Positions 9,917 to 20,207 of a stretch of DNA of 64,000 nucleotides are shown one piece after another. The stretch's first letter is position 1, and each line of letters starts with the position of its first letter. Source of the DNA: Candidatus Borrarchaeum weybense (GTDB lineage: Archaea; Asgardarchaeota; Sifarchaeia; Borrarchaeales; Borrarchaeaceae); contig JAHQJS010000004.1 of NCBI GenBank assembly GCA_019057385.1, positions 96,001 through 160,000 of the forward strand, in the 5' to 3' direction. The notes under the pieces are model-generated. The model did not search any database. It saw only the letters and a list, made by a program, of their open reading frames with translations, and was not told the DNA's origin. The position numbers were made by a program, and so were the translations under genes.

Positions 9917-10729
9917 TTAATCGTCCATAGGAAGTGCTGTTTCTATCGGTTTGCTATTTTCCCAGAGATATGTGGCGAATTCGTGCCATAACTCGCTAAA
10001 ATTTTTGTTATCTGACCACATGGCAACCATTCCTAATCCAATTTCTTTCGAGAGAATTGCATATGTCCCTTGAAGCACCTCACCATTGGCAACTAGAAAT
10101 ATCGTACCGAGACGCCCTTCGCGTTCTAGTAATTTAACTTCCACTTCTTTCATATCAATGAGTTCCCTTAAAACGTCTTTCTCATATTTATCGTCAATTC
10201 CATGAGCATAAGTAATGATCTTGACCTTTATTTCGCGGTTCCTAATCGCTTCAACAACTCTGGCTACTTTAAGATCGTACAGCGTATCTGTAGCCAATAT
10301 AATTTCTCCATGTGCTTTAGCATTTAATATCATCTCTACCATTTTTGTGTATACTGTTGGTGTTCCTCTAAGGACCCAAATTGATTTTGACTGGTGTTGT
10401 TCTGAGCTTCTCTCGAATAGAGGGATTAAAAAGTCTCTTGCGGCACCTGTGGCGTTGTTATATTTTATCCGCATTTCACGTATGAAGAAATCAGGATTAT
10501 TTGGGCGGTATATATTTGCACCCTTACCAGATCCTCCTACGAACACTAAACCATCTTCTTCTAGCTCCTTTAATACAGAATACACTTTGTTTTGTGGCAC
10601 CTTTGATGCCATACTAATCTCGGAGGCCGATGCTGAGCCGTATCCAACAAGTGCAATGAATACTTTCGCTTGATATTCTGATAATCCTAAAGCTTTCAAA
10701 GCCTCTACAATCTCTGGATTTATCGCCAT
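9917..10729 (-). CDS. TrmB family transcriptional regulator
   Basis: LGLSEYQAKVF..L, SKVPQNKVYSVLKEL wHTH; C-terminal effector domain. Confidence 0.9.
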   Translation of the reverse strand: MAINPEIVEALKALGLSEYQAKVFIALVGYGSASASEISMASKVPQNKVYSVLKELEEDGLVFVGGSGKGANIYRPNNPDFFIREMRIKYNNATGAARDFLIPLFERSSEQHQSKSIWVLRGTPTVYTKMVEMILNAKAHGEIILATDTLYDLKVARVVEAIRNREIKVKIITYAHGIDDKYEKDVLRELIDMKEVEVKLLEREGRLGTIFLVANGEVLQGTYAILSKEIGLGMVAMWSDNKNFSELWHEFATYLWENSKPIETALPMDD

Positions 10730-11033
10730 TTTAATTCACTTCGCAAAAACTCCAAAAAACTGTCACGACTATGGTCTATATTATCATTGGGACATTGGTA
10801 GTTAAATGACTTTCTCTGAAAGTAACTCAAGTTATATAGTTTAAGACATGATTTTATTCCAGTATCATAACTCCTTTTTGCTAAATATGTTCAATAAAAC
10901 TCAATAAAAAGAAAATAAGCATTAATATGGTCTAAAAAGATGTTATAGACGAAATTATTGACGTTAGTTTTTATTGCGGAGGATTTTACCATATACTATA
11001 TATATGAGGAGTCGTAATATAGTACTCAAGTGG

Positions 11034-11071
11034 TGGTACTATAAATTTCCAACTTAAATGGTACTATAAAT
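11034..11071. promoter_or_regulatory. Direct repeat TGGTACTATAAAT x2 in the divergent trmB/tfb intergenic region
   Basis: 13-bp copies at 11034-11046 and 11059-11071. Confidence 0.4.
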
Positions 11072-11173
11072 CAATCATTAAAAACATTCAAAATCTTAAA
11101 TCAATCATCAAGAGTGCCTGAAAGTTGATAATTAAAAACAAATACCACCAAAAAATGTTGAGGTTCAACCTGA

Positions 11174-12106
11174 ATGAATGTAAATGAAATGTATTCGGAA
11201 ATTCCTGGTCTTATTACGATACAGACCTGCCCAGAATGCAATAACACTCATATCATCAGTGATTATGCAACAGGCAATCTTGTATGTGCCACATGTGGGC
11301 TAGTTTTATCCGACAATTACGTTTTAGACGAACAACCCGAGTGGAGAGCCTTTTCTAAGGAAGAATATAACAAAAAAAGCCGTGTTGGGGATCCTTTGTC
11401 TCCTTTAAAGATTGATTACGGGCTTGGTACAACGATAGATAAAAGAAATCAAGATGGATATGGAAATTTGCTTACACCTCGTTGTGCACATCGAATTAAT
11501 CGTCTTCGTTGGTTACATGATAGAAATCATCGATCTGTTACAAGGAATCTTTCAAAGGCTTTAGCGGAATTAAAGCGACTTTCATCTCAATTAGGTCTCC
11601 CAATGTCGGTTCGAAATGAGGCCGCTATCATCTACCGAAAGGCATTACGCAAAAGATTAATTCGTGGTCGTTCAATTGATGGAATGGTAGCAGCTTCACT
11701 GTATTTAGTAAGCAGAAGTCATGGGCTACCCCGTACCTTGAGAGAAATTGCATCCACTTCACGTTTGGACAAAAAAGAGATCGCTCGTTGCTATCGTGTG
11801 CTGTGCAATGAACTTAACTTGAAATTGCCGCCGACGGACGCGACTAGCATGGTACCAAGACTTGCAAATGACTTAGGGCTTTCTAGTTCCGTACAATGTA
11901 GAGCAATTGAAATTCTTAAGGAGGCTGAACGTTTAAAACTCAGTATTGGAAAGAATCCAATGAGTCTTGCAGCAGCCGCACTCTATATATCTGCAATCGA
12001 ATTTGGGGAAAGAAGAACACAACAAGAAGTTGCAGAAGTCGCACAAACAACTGAAGTTACACTGCGGAATCGTTACAAGGAAATTAAACGCGAACTGAGA
12101 CTCTAA
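11174..12106 (+). CDS. tfb: Transcription initiation factor IIB (TFB)
   Basis: CPEC..CATCG Zn ribbon, PEWRAF B-reader, two cyclin repeats (LIRGRS; TEVTLRNRYKE). Confidence 0.96.
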   Translation: MNVNEMYSEIPGLITIQTCPECNNTHIISDYATGNLVCATCGLVLSDNYVLDEQPEWRAFSKEEYNKKSRVGDPLSPLKIDYGLGTTIDKRNQDGYGNLLTPRCAHRINRLRWLHDRNHRSVTRNLSKALAELKRLSSQLGLPMSVRNEAAIIYRKALRKRLIRGRSIDGMVAASLYLVSRSHGLPRTLREIASTSRLDKKEIARCYRVLCNELNLKLPPTDATSMVPRLANDLGLSSSVQCRAIEILKEAERLKLSIGKNPMSLAAAALYISAIEFGERRTQQEVAEVAQTTEVTLRNRYKEIKRELRL

Positions 12107-12131
12107 CACTTAAACTGTTACTCACAATACT

Positions 12132-12374
12132 TTGGTGAAATTAAAGATGGAAGAAGACCTGTATGCATTCTACATTTGTCGGAAATGCAAAAGAAAAGAC
12201 TGGGTACCTTTCACACAAGAAGACATAAATGCCGCCAGAAAATGTGGCGGTCTGTTTACAAAGGTTTTAGATCATGGTGATCATATAATCACACTGAAAA
12301 TTGATGCTAACGGAGCTGTACGTCGTGAATACAGCTCTGAAGACATTCTAAATATTCAACCAGGCGTTTCTTAA
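12132..12374 (+). CDS. Small putative Zn-binding protein (CxxC...HxxH...IDANGAVR)
   Basis: 80-aa ORF directly after tfb; the CxxC + HGDH + IDxNGxVR pattern resembles small Asgard domains. Confidence 0.65.
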   Translation: MVKLKMEEDLYAFYICRKCKRKDWVPFTQEDINAARKCGGLFTKVLDHGDHIITLKIDANGAVRREYSSEDILNIQPGVS

Positions 12375-12599
12375 AGTGAGCTTTTTACACTTTAATTCCT
12401 TTTTTTGTTTCAAATTGTGAATTGTTAGAATCCGTCTAAAATCACAAAGATCTTGTTTTTAATAATTGAGACTCTACAACAGCATAAGCATTCGTCATTA
12501 TAACTGTGACTTACAAAACTTTCATGAATTAACATCGCTAACGGAGCACAACCTTGTACATAATGATTATTTATGCTCTTTTGAACTGGTGAGAACGGA

Positions 12600-13103
12600 A
12601 TGATCAATTTGCATTGCAAACTTCTTATTATCACATTTGACGAAATTGATATTTTGCAGAAAATAAAACGTCGCGTTAAAGAATATCTTGGATGCGATAG
12701 TGTTGATAATAAAACCAGTAGTTATCCAAAAGCAAGAATGAGATTTATTCAATTAAACGCGTCAGATTTCTTACCTACTCTTGTTTCCTTAAAAAACGGC
12801 TATGATTTTGTTTTGGGGATTGTTAAAGCAGATCTGTATTTACCTCACTTGAATTTCGTATTAGGAGTAGCGCATCCTCAAGAATCAGTGTGTATTATCT
12901 CATTAGCCCGTTTGCGATCTTCCGATAGACAGCAATATATCGGTCGTGCTGTGAAAGAGGCAATACATGAGTTAGGACATCTTTTTGGCTTAGACCATTG
13001 TAATGATCCTAAATGCGTAATGCGCTTTTCTAACACGGTAACTGAGACAGATTTTAAAGACGACAAATATTGTGAGAAATGCTTGCAGTTATTGCAAAAA
13101 TAA
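12600..13103 (+). CDS. amzA: Archaemetzincin zinc protease
   Basis: HELGHLFGLDHC..CVM.FSN...D.K....C..C. Confidence 0.92.
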   Translation: MINLHCKLLIITFDEIDILQKIKRRVKEYLGCDSVDNKTSSYPKARMRFIQLNASDFLPTLVSLKNGYDFVLGIVKADLYLPHLNFVLGVAHPQESVCIISLARLRSSDRQQYIGRAVKEAIHELGHLFGLDHCNDPKCVMRFSNTVTETDFKDDKYCEKCLQLLQK

Positions 13104-13271
13104 GCACCTCTTTGTTGCTTTAAATGCAAAACAAGTTTTGAAAGATCTTTTTGTTTCTTATAATGTTTAAGATGATTTTTGCGCGTTTTTTGATAAATAA
13201 ATTGTAACAATAACGTTTCAAATACAAAAAATATAATAACAATAACTACAACTTTAACTAGGAGGTTTTTT

Positions 13272-13841
13272 ATGACACAACAACTAAAGGTTAAACTTCC
13301 TGGGACATTATATTTCATAGATCTGACCATGAATCCTGCAACAAATACTGGAAAGGTTACTTTAGAACGAAAAGCAGTTGAAGCTCAAAAAACTCTTTCG
13401 GATTTAAACCCACGTTCAATTCAAGGTGTTTTATTAGACTTATTAGATGCCAAAGGATTAAACCCTAATCCTAGGCTAATTTCACGCTTGCTTGAAGATC
13501 TTACAGAACCTGAGGTGGCAGAAGTAGTTGAAACAGTTGAAGAACCTAAAGTAATTAAGGAAGTAAAACCCGTTCCTATAATAACTGCCCGGGAAACAGT
13601 CCCTGAAATGCCTCCTCCTGTTGTTGAAATGAAAGCAGAACCCCCTGCAAAAGTTGATATAGCAGTTAATTCTCCTCTATTGAAATTCAAAGATGTTCTT
13701 GCAGCTGCAACTTTTCAAATGTCACAACTTGATTCACTTCTGAAAGAATCCACAAATACTGAAGTTGAATCCGCGATGAAATCACTTCAAAATTTGCTGA
13801 CGCAAGCTAAAAGCATCATTGACGAAATAATAACTAGATAA
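13272..13841 (+). CDS. Hypothetical protein with Pro/Glu-rich linker
   Basis: 189-aa ORF preceded by a GGAGG ribosome-binding site. Confidence 0.7.
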   Translation: MTQQLKVKLPGTLYFIDLTMNPATNTGKVTLERKAVEAQKTLSDLNPRSIQGVLLDLLDAKGLNPNPRLISRLLEDLTEPEVAEVVETVEEPKVIKEVKPVPIITARETVPEMPPPVVEMKAEPPAKVDIAVNSPLLKFKDVLAAATFQMSQLDSLLKESTNTEVESAMKSLQNLLTQAKSIIDEIITR

Positions 13842-13878
13842 AGCAAGCTGCTATCTAGTTGCTCGGTAAAAAACAGAG

Positions 13879-14544
13879 CTAAACAATTCTTTTTAATAAT
13901 CGCTCAGGCATCGTTTCTATTGCTTCACGCGCTTGCTGCTTAGAAAGACCTGCGCCAACAGCTATTTTCCAAGCAACTTCCTGGTTAATTAAATCGCCTG
14001 GTTCGTGTGCATCTGTACAAACAACGAGCTTTACCCCATTTTCTATGGCAAGTTTGGCAACAATACCATTTGTGAGAGCATGCCCTCTACGCGAAGTTAA
14101 TTCAAAAATAACATCATTATTTGAGGCAACTTGGCAGATCTCATCTGTAATTAGCCCGGGATGCGCTAAGATATCGATGTCTGCATTAACAGCGGCCAAA
14201 TTTGTACCTTCTTCGACAGGTTCAGCCAGCGTCTCACCATGAACTAAGATTAATTTTGCCCCATATTCACGTGATTTCTTTGCTAATTCAGAAATACTTT
14301 TAGCCGGTACCATAGTTAACTCGGCACCAGGAATCACGGTGATATCCCAGTATTTCATTAATTCTTCCGAGACTTGAACAATACGGGGTATTACATGATC
14401 TAAAGTGGATATATCCACATGATCGGTAATGGCAATCGCACTGTAGTTCATAACTTTAGCCATGCGAACCAATTCGCTCGGTAATAAAACCCCGTCTGAG
14501 AAAATGGTATGAGCGTGAAATTCTATACGTCTTCCATTATCCAT
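13879..14544 (-). CDS. PHP-family hydrolase (histidinol-phosphatase-like)
   Basis: HAHTIFSDG, ITDH, VHGET, LAHPG, TDAH. Confidence 0.9.
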   Translation of the reverse strand: MDNGRRIEFHAHTIFSDGVLLPSELVRMAKVMNYSAIAITDHVDISTLDHVIPRIVQVSEELMKYWDITVIPGAELTMVPAKSISELAKKSREYGAKLILVHGETLAEPVEEGTNLAAVNADIDILAHPGLITDEICQVASNNDVIFELTSRRGHALTNGIVAKLAIENGVKLVVCTDAHEPGDLINQEVAWKIAVGAGLSKQQAREAIETMPERLLKRIV

Positions 14545-14612
14545 TGAGTATCCTCCTTGATTTATTTTGATTGGAATGCCCTAATTTTTTAGAGCCTTTA
14601 GCCCATGATATC

Positions 14613-15734
14613 TCAATCTATTGCCATATCAATGATATCCATCACGTCGAGGAGCTTAATATTGTAATTTCGAATAACTTTGTCAAAATTAAATTCACAA
14701 GTGGGACAGATCGTGACTAAGTACTCCGCTCCCGTTTCTTCGGCCTCTTTAAGGCGGCTATCTGTGAGATTAGCTACCAAATCATAATCGACTGCCATAA
14801 GTCCACCGCCTCCGCCACAGCAATGTGATTGATACCCAATGTGCGGCATCTCGATTAGTTCAATACCTGGAATTGCGTTTAGTATTGTACGAGGTTCTTC
14901 GATAATACCGGCAAGTCTCCCTAGATGACAGGGATCATGGTATGTGACTTTCATATTTACTGGTTTTTTGAAGGTAATTTTTCCGCTCTCAATTTCTTTG
15001 GCAATGATCTGGATAACATGTAGGACTTCAAAATCAAATTTCTCATAAAATTTTGGATATTTGTCTCTGAAAGTTCTCAGGCAGCCTGGGCAATGAGTTA
15101 CAATGGTCTTAACACCGGCTTCTCTGAATAATTTTTCTGTCTTCTCTATTTGCGCTCGAAATTTATTCCAATGTCCTGTTGTATGCATGAGTTCTCCACA
15201 GCATGGCTCATCCGAGCCCAAGTAGTTCATTTCAATCCCAAGTTTTTTTAGGATCCTCACCGTTTTTTCTAAGCGTTCTGGATAAAAAAGTGAATCTGTA
15301 CATCCTGCGTAAAAGAGGATTGGAGACTGTTTGTTGAATTCAATACCTTCTGCCCAGTCCGTTTTATCCTCGCGATCTAATTGAAACGGATTTTCTTTTT
15401 CGAGGATGGAATTAATTCCAATGAGATGATTTTCATCGGTAAATCCTTTTTTGACTAGATCTGCTCGGAGTGCTTCTAGGATTTCGTCATTATCAAGTGC
15501 ACAATTAGCGGCACAGGAACCACAAACACTACAGGTGTTGACAATTTTGGCAATTTCTTCGTACTCGTTTTCTGGAATAATTCCTTCGAGCATGCCTCGG
15601 GCAATAAGCATTTTTCCACGACATGCATACGTTTCTAGTTTTTTCTCTTTAAAAACTGGACATTCTTCACGACAGAAACCACACCGTGTACGATTACAGG
15701 TGTAAATTGCATCTTTGTATTTTTCTAACTCCAT
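14613..15734 (-). CDS. Fe-S oxidoreductase with CCG domains (GlcF/HdrD-like)
   Basis: CGFCREECP and CSVCGSC..NC ferredoxin motifs; CCG, YHDPCHLGR, CCGGGGG; start MELEKY at 15734 after AGAGGA. Confidence 0.9.
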   Translation of the reverse strand: MELEKYKDAIYTCNRTRCGFCREECPVFKEKKLETYACRGKMLIARGMLEGIIPENEYEEIAKIVNTCSVCGSCAANCALDNDEILEALRADLVKKGFTDENHLIGINSILEKENPFQLDREDKTDWAEGIEFNKQSPILFYAGCTDSLFYPERLEKTVRILKKLGIEMNYLGSDEPCCGELMHTTGHWNKFRAQIEKTEKLFREAGVKTIVTHCPGCLRTFRDKYPKFYEKFDFEVLHVIQIIAKEIESGKITFKKPVNMKVTYHDPCHLGRLAGIIEEPRTILNAIPGIELIEMPHIGYQSHCCGGGGGLMAVDYDLVANLTDSRLKEAEETGAEYLVTICPTCEFNFDKVIRNYNIKLLDVMDIIDMAID

Positions 15735-15744
15735 TTTTATTCCT

Positions 15745-17241
15745 CTAGTTTTTCTCGATTTTAACGGTAATTTTGTTAATTTCATCAACGGAAAACTTCT
15801 TCCCTGGATTCATTATATTATTTGGATCGAAGATCTTCTTTATTTGCATCATCACGTCAAGGCTGTCACCGTGTTCATAACGATTATAGCCGATGCGAAA
15901 TTCACCGTCCCCCCAATAGGTGCTCATTGTTCCTTCGAGGTCAACTGCCATATAGCTCATTTCTTTGACGTAATTCCACCAGCCTCGCACGTTTTCTGGA
16001 TCTTTATCATCCACCCATACTGCAAATGAAATAGAAGGGCTTATACAACTCGCCTTCTCATTGTAAACACACATACCTAAGATTTCAAGCCCATTTTTTT
16101 CCGCTATTTCTAAATATCTTTGGTATCCTTCCTCAATACGTCCTACTGGAAGTCCGAGATCTGCAGCACCAAATTTCTTTTCCCGTTGGCTATCTGGCCA
16201 TTTTTGCCTAAACGGAATGAAACTGCCAGTATGTTTAGAGTTCCACCACGACTCGACCATAGCCTCCTCCTTAAGTAACTCACCATCTGTTTCTTCTACG
16301 AGTTTTAGCGCATATTCCTTTGAAAAATCTACAACCTTGCTGTCGCCATTAAATGATACAAACAGTACCGCATCCGTCCATTCTGGAATGTCTGGGTCAC
16401 GATTATGCTTCAATCGGAATGAATGTGTGTAAAAATTAAGTCGCCTTCCACAATTTACATGGGCAGATTCTACACTTAGTCCAGCTTGCAATAATCTTTG
16501 AAGTGAATTTATTGCGTCAGTAATTGATCTAAATAGTAAGCCTAAGACTGCACGTGCTTTAGGTAGAGGGTATATTCGAAGTGTTGCCTCACATACTAAG
16601 CCTAAGGTTCCTTCTGATCCGATAAATAGGGGCATTAAATTAAGTCCTGTGCTACTCACGAGAGCCTTTCGATGACCAATTCGTAAAATTTGGCCAGTTC
16701 CAGTTACAACAACTGTGTTCAACAAGAAGTCAGGGGTGCGTCCATATTTAATCGCGAAGGTTCCATCGTTATTACAGGCGATAGCAGAGCCCACAGTTGA
16801 GGCCGGTTTGCTTTCTGGGTCATGCGGAAACCATAGTCCATATTCTGCTAAAATTTCATTTAATCGAAGAATCGTGATACCGACGCCACAGGTTACGGTC
16901 ATATTTTTTACGTCAACTTCTTTAACTTTGTCTAAACCCTTCATATCTACAGATATTCCGCCATAGATTGGCACACTTGCCCCGCTCATCCCTGTCCCAC
17001 CTGCATAAGGTATGACGGGAATTTTGTACTCATTAGCTATTTTCACCATTTTCGAGGCTTCTTCGATTGAAAAAGGTCTAACAACGATATCTGGTAAATA
17101 TGCCTCCTTCGCATCACGAGGAGACCAGTCTCTTGAGTATGCCATTCTATGAAATGTTTGTGTGAACACTTTGCCTTCGCCGAGTGTCTCTCTAAGTTTT
17201 TGAGCAATTTCTTCATAATCTTGATCTTTCAAATTTGACAC
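15745..17241 (-). CDS. FAD-linked oxidoreductase (GlcD / D-lactate dehydrogenase family)
   Basis: GGTG..G, PHDPES, GSEGTLG, FDPNNIMNPGK. Confidence 0.9.
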   Translation of the reverse strand: MSNLKDQDYEEIAQKLRETLGEGKVFTQTFHRMAYSRDWSPRDAKEAYLPDIVVRPFSIEEASKMVKIANEYKIPVIPYAGGTGMSGASVPIYGGISVDMKGLDKVKEVDVKNMTVTCGVGITILRLNEILAEYGLWFPHDPESKPASTVGSAIACNNDGTFAIKYGRTPDFLLNTVVVTGTGQILRIGHRKALVSSTGLNLMPLFIGSEGTLGLVCEATLRIYPLPKARAVLGLLFRSITDAINSLQRLLQAGLSVESAHVNCGRRLNFYTHSFRLKHNRDPDIPEWTDAVLFVSFNGDSKVVDFSKEYALKLVEETDGELLKEEAMVESWWNSKHTGSFIPFRQKWPDSQREKKFGAADLGLPVGRIEEGYQRYLEIAEKNGLEILGMCVYNEKASCISPSISFAVWVDDKDPENVRGWWNYVKEMSYMAVDLEGTMSTYWGDGEFRIGYNRYEHGDSLDVMMQIKKIFDPNNIMNPGKKFSVDEINKITVKIEKN

Positions 17242-17293
17242 CTTAAAATGATTAAACGCGAAACTGGCTTCGCTTATTGTTTATATGCTTTAT

Positions 17294-18680
17294 GAAGTCT
17301 TCGCAAGAAGACCCCCCAACGTGTTGGGGGGATGAATTGCGTTTTTTTACTGGTTTCACTTTCATGGTAGTGTCCCTCAGTTTAAATAGCAGTTTGCGGA
17401 TACTAACTATCGTGAGTGACATGATGCTCAGGGGAACAGAGGAAGAAATGCGATGAAACGCACGTACAAATTTCGCCTGTATCCCACCACACCACAACAG
17501 GCTACTTTGAGGCAATGGCTGACTATCTGTCGTCTGTTGTATAATAACGCGCTGGCGGAGCGAAAAGAGGCCAGGGACGGGCAGCAACAGGCAGTCAGCT
17601 ATTATGAGCAAGCCAACCACTTGAAAGCAGCAAAACAGACCAATCCATTTTTGCAAGCGGTGCATTCGCAGGTACTGCAAGACGTGCTGAAACGACTGGA
17701 TAAGACCTTCAAGAACTTCTTTCGACGCATTAAAAAGGGTGAAAAAGCAGGATACCCACGATTTAAAGGGAAATACCGCTATGATTCCTTCACGTACCCG
17801 CAAAGTGGGTTCGCCCTCGATTACCACCACCAGAAACTTCGCCTCTCGAAAATCGGAGTTATTACCATCAAACTCCACCGACCTATCCCATCTGAAGGCG
17901 AGGTTAAGACCTGTACCATTAAACGTGATGTCGACCACTGGTATGCCTGTTTTGTAGTCGCACTGCCTGACTCCACTCCTGAGTCTCAGAAAAGAGACAT
18001 ACAGCAGGCGATAGGGGTGGATGTCGGGCTGAAGAGTTTACTGACGTTCAATAACGGAGACACCATAGACAACCCGCGCTGGTTAAGACACTCGGAGCAG
18101 AAACTCGCTAAAGAACAGCGAAGGAAAGACAGGAAGGTTAAGAGCTCACGTAACCGTCACAAGCAGAACAGGAAGGTGGCACGGGTACACCGGAAGATAC
18201 GCAACCAGCGCAAGGACTTTCATCACAAGCTCAGCCGGAAACTGGTCGATAACTATGACCTGATTGTGTATGAGCAGCTTAGCATCACCAACATGGTGAA
18301 GAACCATCGTCTCGCCAAGTCGATTAGTGACGCCGGCTGGGGGCAACTCATGTGTTTTACCGAGTACAAAGCGGAGGAAGCTGGTACGCTGGTAGAGTAT
18401 GTGAGTGCCTATCACACCACACAACGGTGTAGTCGGTGTGGGAAGTTGGTGCCGAAAACCCTGGCAACACGAATCCACCGCTGTCCGTACTGTGGATTGG
18501 TGTTAGCGAGAGACCATAATTCCGCCATTATGGTGTTACAGCGATCCACTCACTATGTAAAAGCACGATCATCATCATTATCATCATCAGGGCAGGAACT
18601 GCCCGTAGAGCCTGGTTGACATGTCCCGCTGGGGAATGGATGACCCAGGAAGCCAGCCTACTTGTAGGGTGGTAGTTCAC
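17294..18680 (+). mobile_element. IS200/IS605-family element, tnpB-only (IS1341-like)
   Basis: TTTAT target at 17289-17293, left-end hairpin CCCCCCAAC-GT-GTTGGGGGG, higher-GC tnpB, right end ...GGTAGTTCAC; both ends confirmed by the MITE copy at 23663-23920. Confidence 0.9.
17453..18619 (+). CDS. tnpB: RNA-guided endonuclease TnpB
   Basis: MKRTYKFRLYPT HTH, GYPRFK, RuvC GVDVG / VYEQL / RDHNSA all intact, CSRC..CPYC Zn finger. Confidence 0.96.
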   Translation: MKRTYKFRLYPTTPQQATLRQWLTICRLLYNNALAERKEARDGQQQAVSYYEQANHLKAAKQTNPFLQAVHSQVLQDVLKRLDKTFKNFFRRIKKGEKAGYPRFKGKYRYDSFTYPQSGFALDYHHQKLRLSKIGVITIKLHRPIPSEGEVKTCTIKRDVDHWYACFVVALPDSTPESQKRDIQQAIGVDVGLKSLLTFNNGDTIDNPRWLRHSEQKLAKEQRRKDRKVKSSRNRHKQNRKVARVHRKIRNQRKDFHHKLSRKLVDNYDLIVYEQLSITNMVKNHRLAKSISDAGWGQLMCFTEYKAEEAGTLVEYVSAYHTTQRCSRCGKLVPKTLATRIHRCPYCGLVLARDHNSAIMVLQRSTHYVKARSSSLSSSGQELPVEPG

Positions 18681-18700
18681 GAAGCTCAAAACTGCTAATA
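18587..18700 (+). ncRNA. TnpB omegaRNA/reRNA (scaffold to 18680 plus flanking guide)
   Basis: GGGCAG-GAA-CTGCCC hairpin overlapping the tnpB 3' end, GGAAGCC...TAGTTCAC right end; the 5' boundary is only the extent of homology with the MITE. Confidence 0.75.
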
Positions 18701-18878
18701 GGGCATCTCCGTATTATAATTAAACACATTTTGTATATCTTTGTTTATTTGTGCAAAGGTATTGGTGAAAGAAATTAGTTAAATTTTATGGAGGAGTAAC
18801 TATTTATCTACCAAACCACGTAAGGTAACGTACGATTTACTCTCTTTAAAGAAACGACAATATAGGAGATGAAAATGC

Positions 18879-19703
18879 ATGAGTAAACTTACTTTTACTT
18901 TGACACCTTCAGAATCAAAAAGATTAATTGGAAAAGGCGTTGCAGCTCTTCCAGAAGTTAAAAATGCATTATCTAGCGGGAAAATAATCATTATAGGCGG
19001 AAGTACAAATGGATATGTCGCCGAAGAAATATTACAAAAGAAGATTGATCGCCAATACTTTGCAGCAGGAATGATAAAACCACGTGGCACATGTCTTACT
19101 AAGACAGACGAACGTATACCTCCAATTGTGATTGAACAAGGAAAACAAGTCGAGATGAAGTATGCAGATGCACTTGATGAATTGAAATCAGAGGATGTAG
19201 TAATTAAGGGGGCTAATGCCCTTTATTCAACCTTCGAAAATGGGCATTACACGTGGTATCCGGCAATTATGTTGGGGCATCCAATAGGAGGTACTACAGG
19301 CGCGTTTATAGGTCCTGTAAGCGCTAGAGGAGCACACTTGATCATGCCTGTAGGTTTAGAGAAACTTATTCCTTTGCCTATCGCAGAACTAGCAGCTTTA
19401 GATTTAGGTATCAAGAAGTTTGATTATCCATTAGGTCTTCATTATGGAATACTTCCAGTAATTGGAGGCAAGGTCATCACAGAAGTCGAAGCTTGTAAAG
19501 AACTATTCGACCTTTCAGTTTATCCCGTCGGAGCTGGAGGTGTAAATGGCGCAGAAGGTGCTATAACTCTTTTCTCAGAAGGCGACGATGAAAAAATACA
19601 GAATGCATTACAACTAGTACAGAGTATTAAAGGCGAACCGCCTACACAGTTAAATGCAACTGAATGCAAGGGTTGTACTGTACCCTGTCTTAACGCCGAA
19701 TAA
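18879..19703 (+). CDS. Conserved hypothetical protein (ESKRLI / KGAN / PVGLEKL family)
   Basis: Clear paralog of 20208-21032; C-terminal CxxCxxxC. Confidence 0.8.
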   Translation: MSKLTFTLTPSESKRLIGKGVAALPEVKNALSSGKIIIIGGSTNGYVAEEILQKKIDRQYFAAGMIKPRGTCLTKTDERIPPIVIEQGKQVEMKYADALDELKSEDVVIKGANALYSTFENGHYTWYPAIMLGHPIGGTTGAFIGPVSARGAHLIMPVGLEKLIPLPIAELAALDLGIKKFDYPLGLHYGILPVIGGKVITEVEACKELFDLSVYPVGAGGVNGAEGAITLFSEGDDEKIQNALQLVQSIKGEPPTQLNATECKGCTVPCLNAE

Positions 19704-19811
19704 GCCTTTAAATGGGCACGAGCAGTTATGTCACAATCATATAGATTTTAAGTCATTTATCATAATAGTTGATTACAGTTTGAGCAAGAGCTCGAAAGGT
19801 TGTGAACTCTT

Positions 19812-20066
19812 ATGGAAATGTCGCCAGAAGAAATGGAAAAAAGAAAGCAAATGGTACTTTCAATGTGCATCTGCAAGAGTTGCCCTACATTTGTTGAAGG
19901 TGCCGAGCCTATTGGCTATTGCTTCGCAACAATCGGCAAGAATCCAAAAATAACTGCAGAGAAAGGCTGCATCTGTCCCACATGCCCAGTCTTCTCAAAT
20001 ATGTCCCTCACTAAAGACTACTACTGCATTAAAGGATCAGAACCAGAACAAAGGGGTATGATGTGA
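19812..20066 (+). CDS. DUF2769-like Cys-rich small protein
   Basis: CICKSCPTF...C...GCICPTCPV...YYC..G. Confidence 0.8.
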   Translation: MEMSPEEMEKRKQMVLSMCICKSCPTFVEGAEPIGYCFATIGKNPKITAEKGCICPTCPVFSNMSLTKDYYCIKGSEPEQRGMM

Positions 20067-20207
20067 TCCTTTTTTACTCATACAATTAAAAGTGCTAATC
20101 TTTCTTTTTTTCTCATGAAAGCGGATTTCTTCTTATGAATTCTTTTTGTTAAAAATAGAAACGAAAAGAAAGAAATTGTGTATTTATTGTGTTTTAGAAA
20201 TCTTTAT

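Noticed and set aside
17252-18478. Antisense ORFs over tnpB (228 aa, 110 aa) as a possible tnpA
   Set aside because: No HUH/Y1 or serine-recombinase motifs; shadow ORFs of a GC-richer gene
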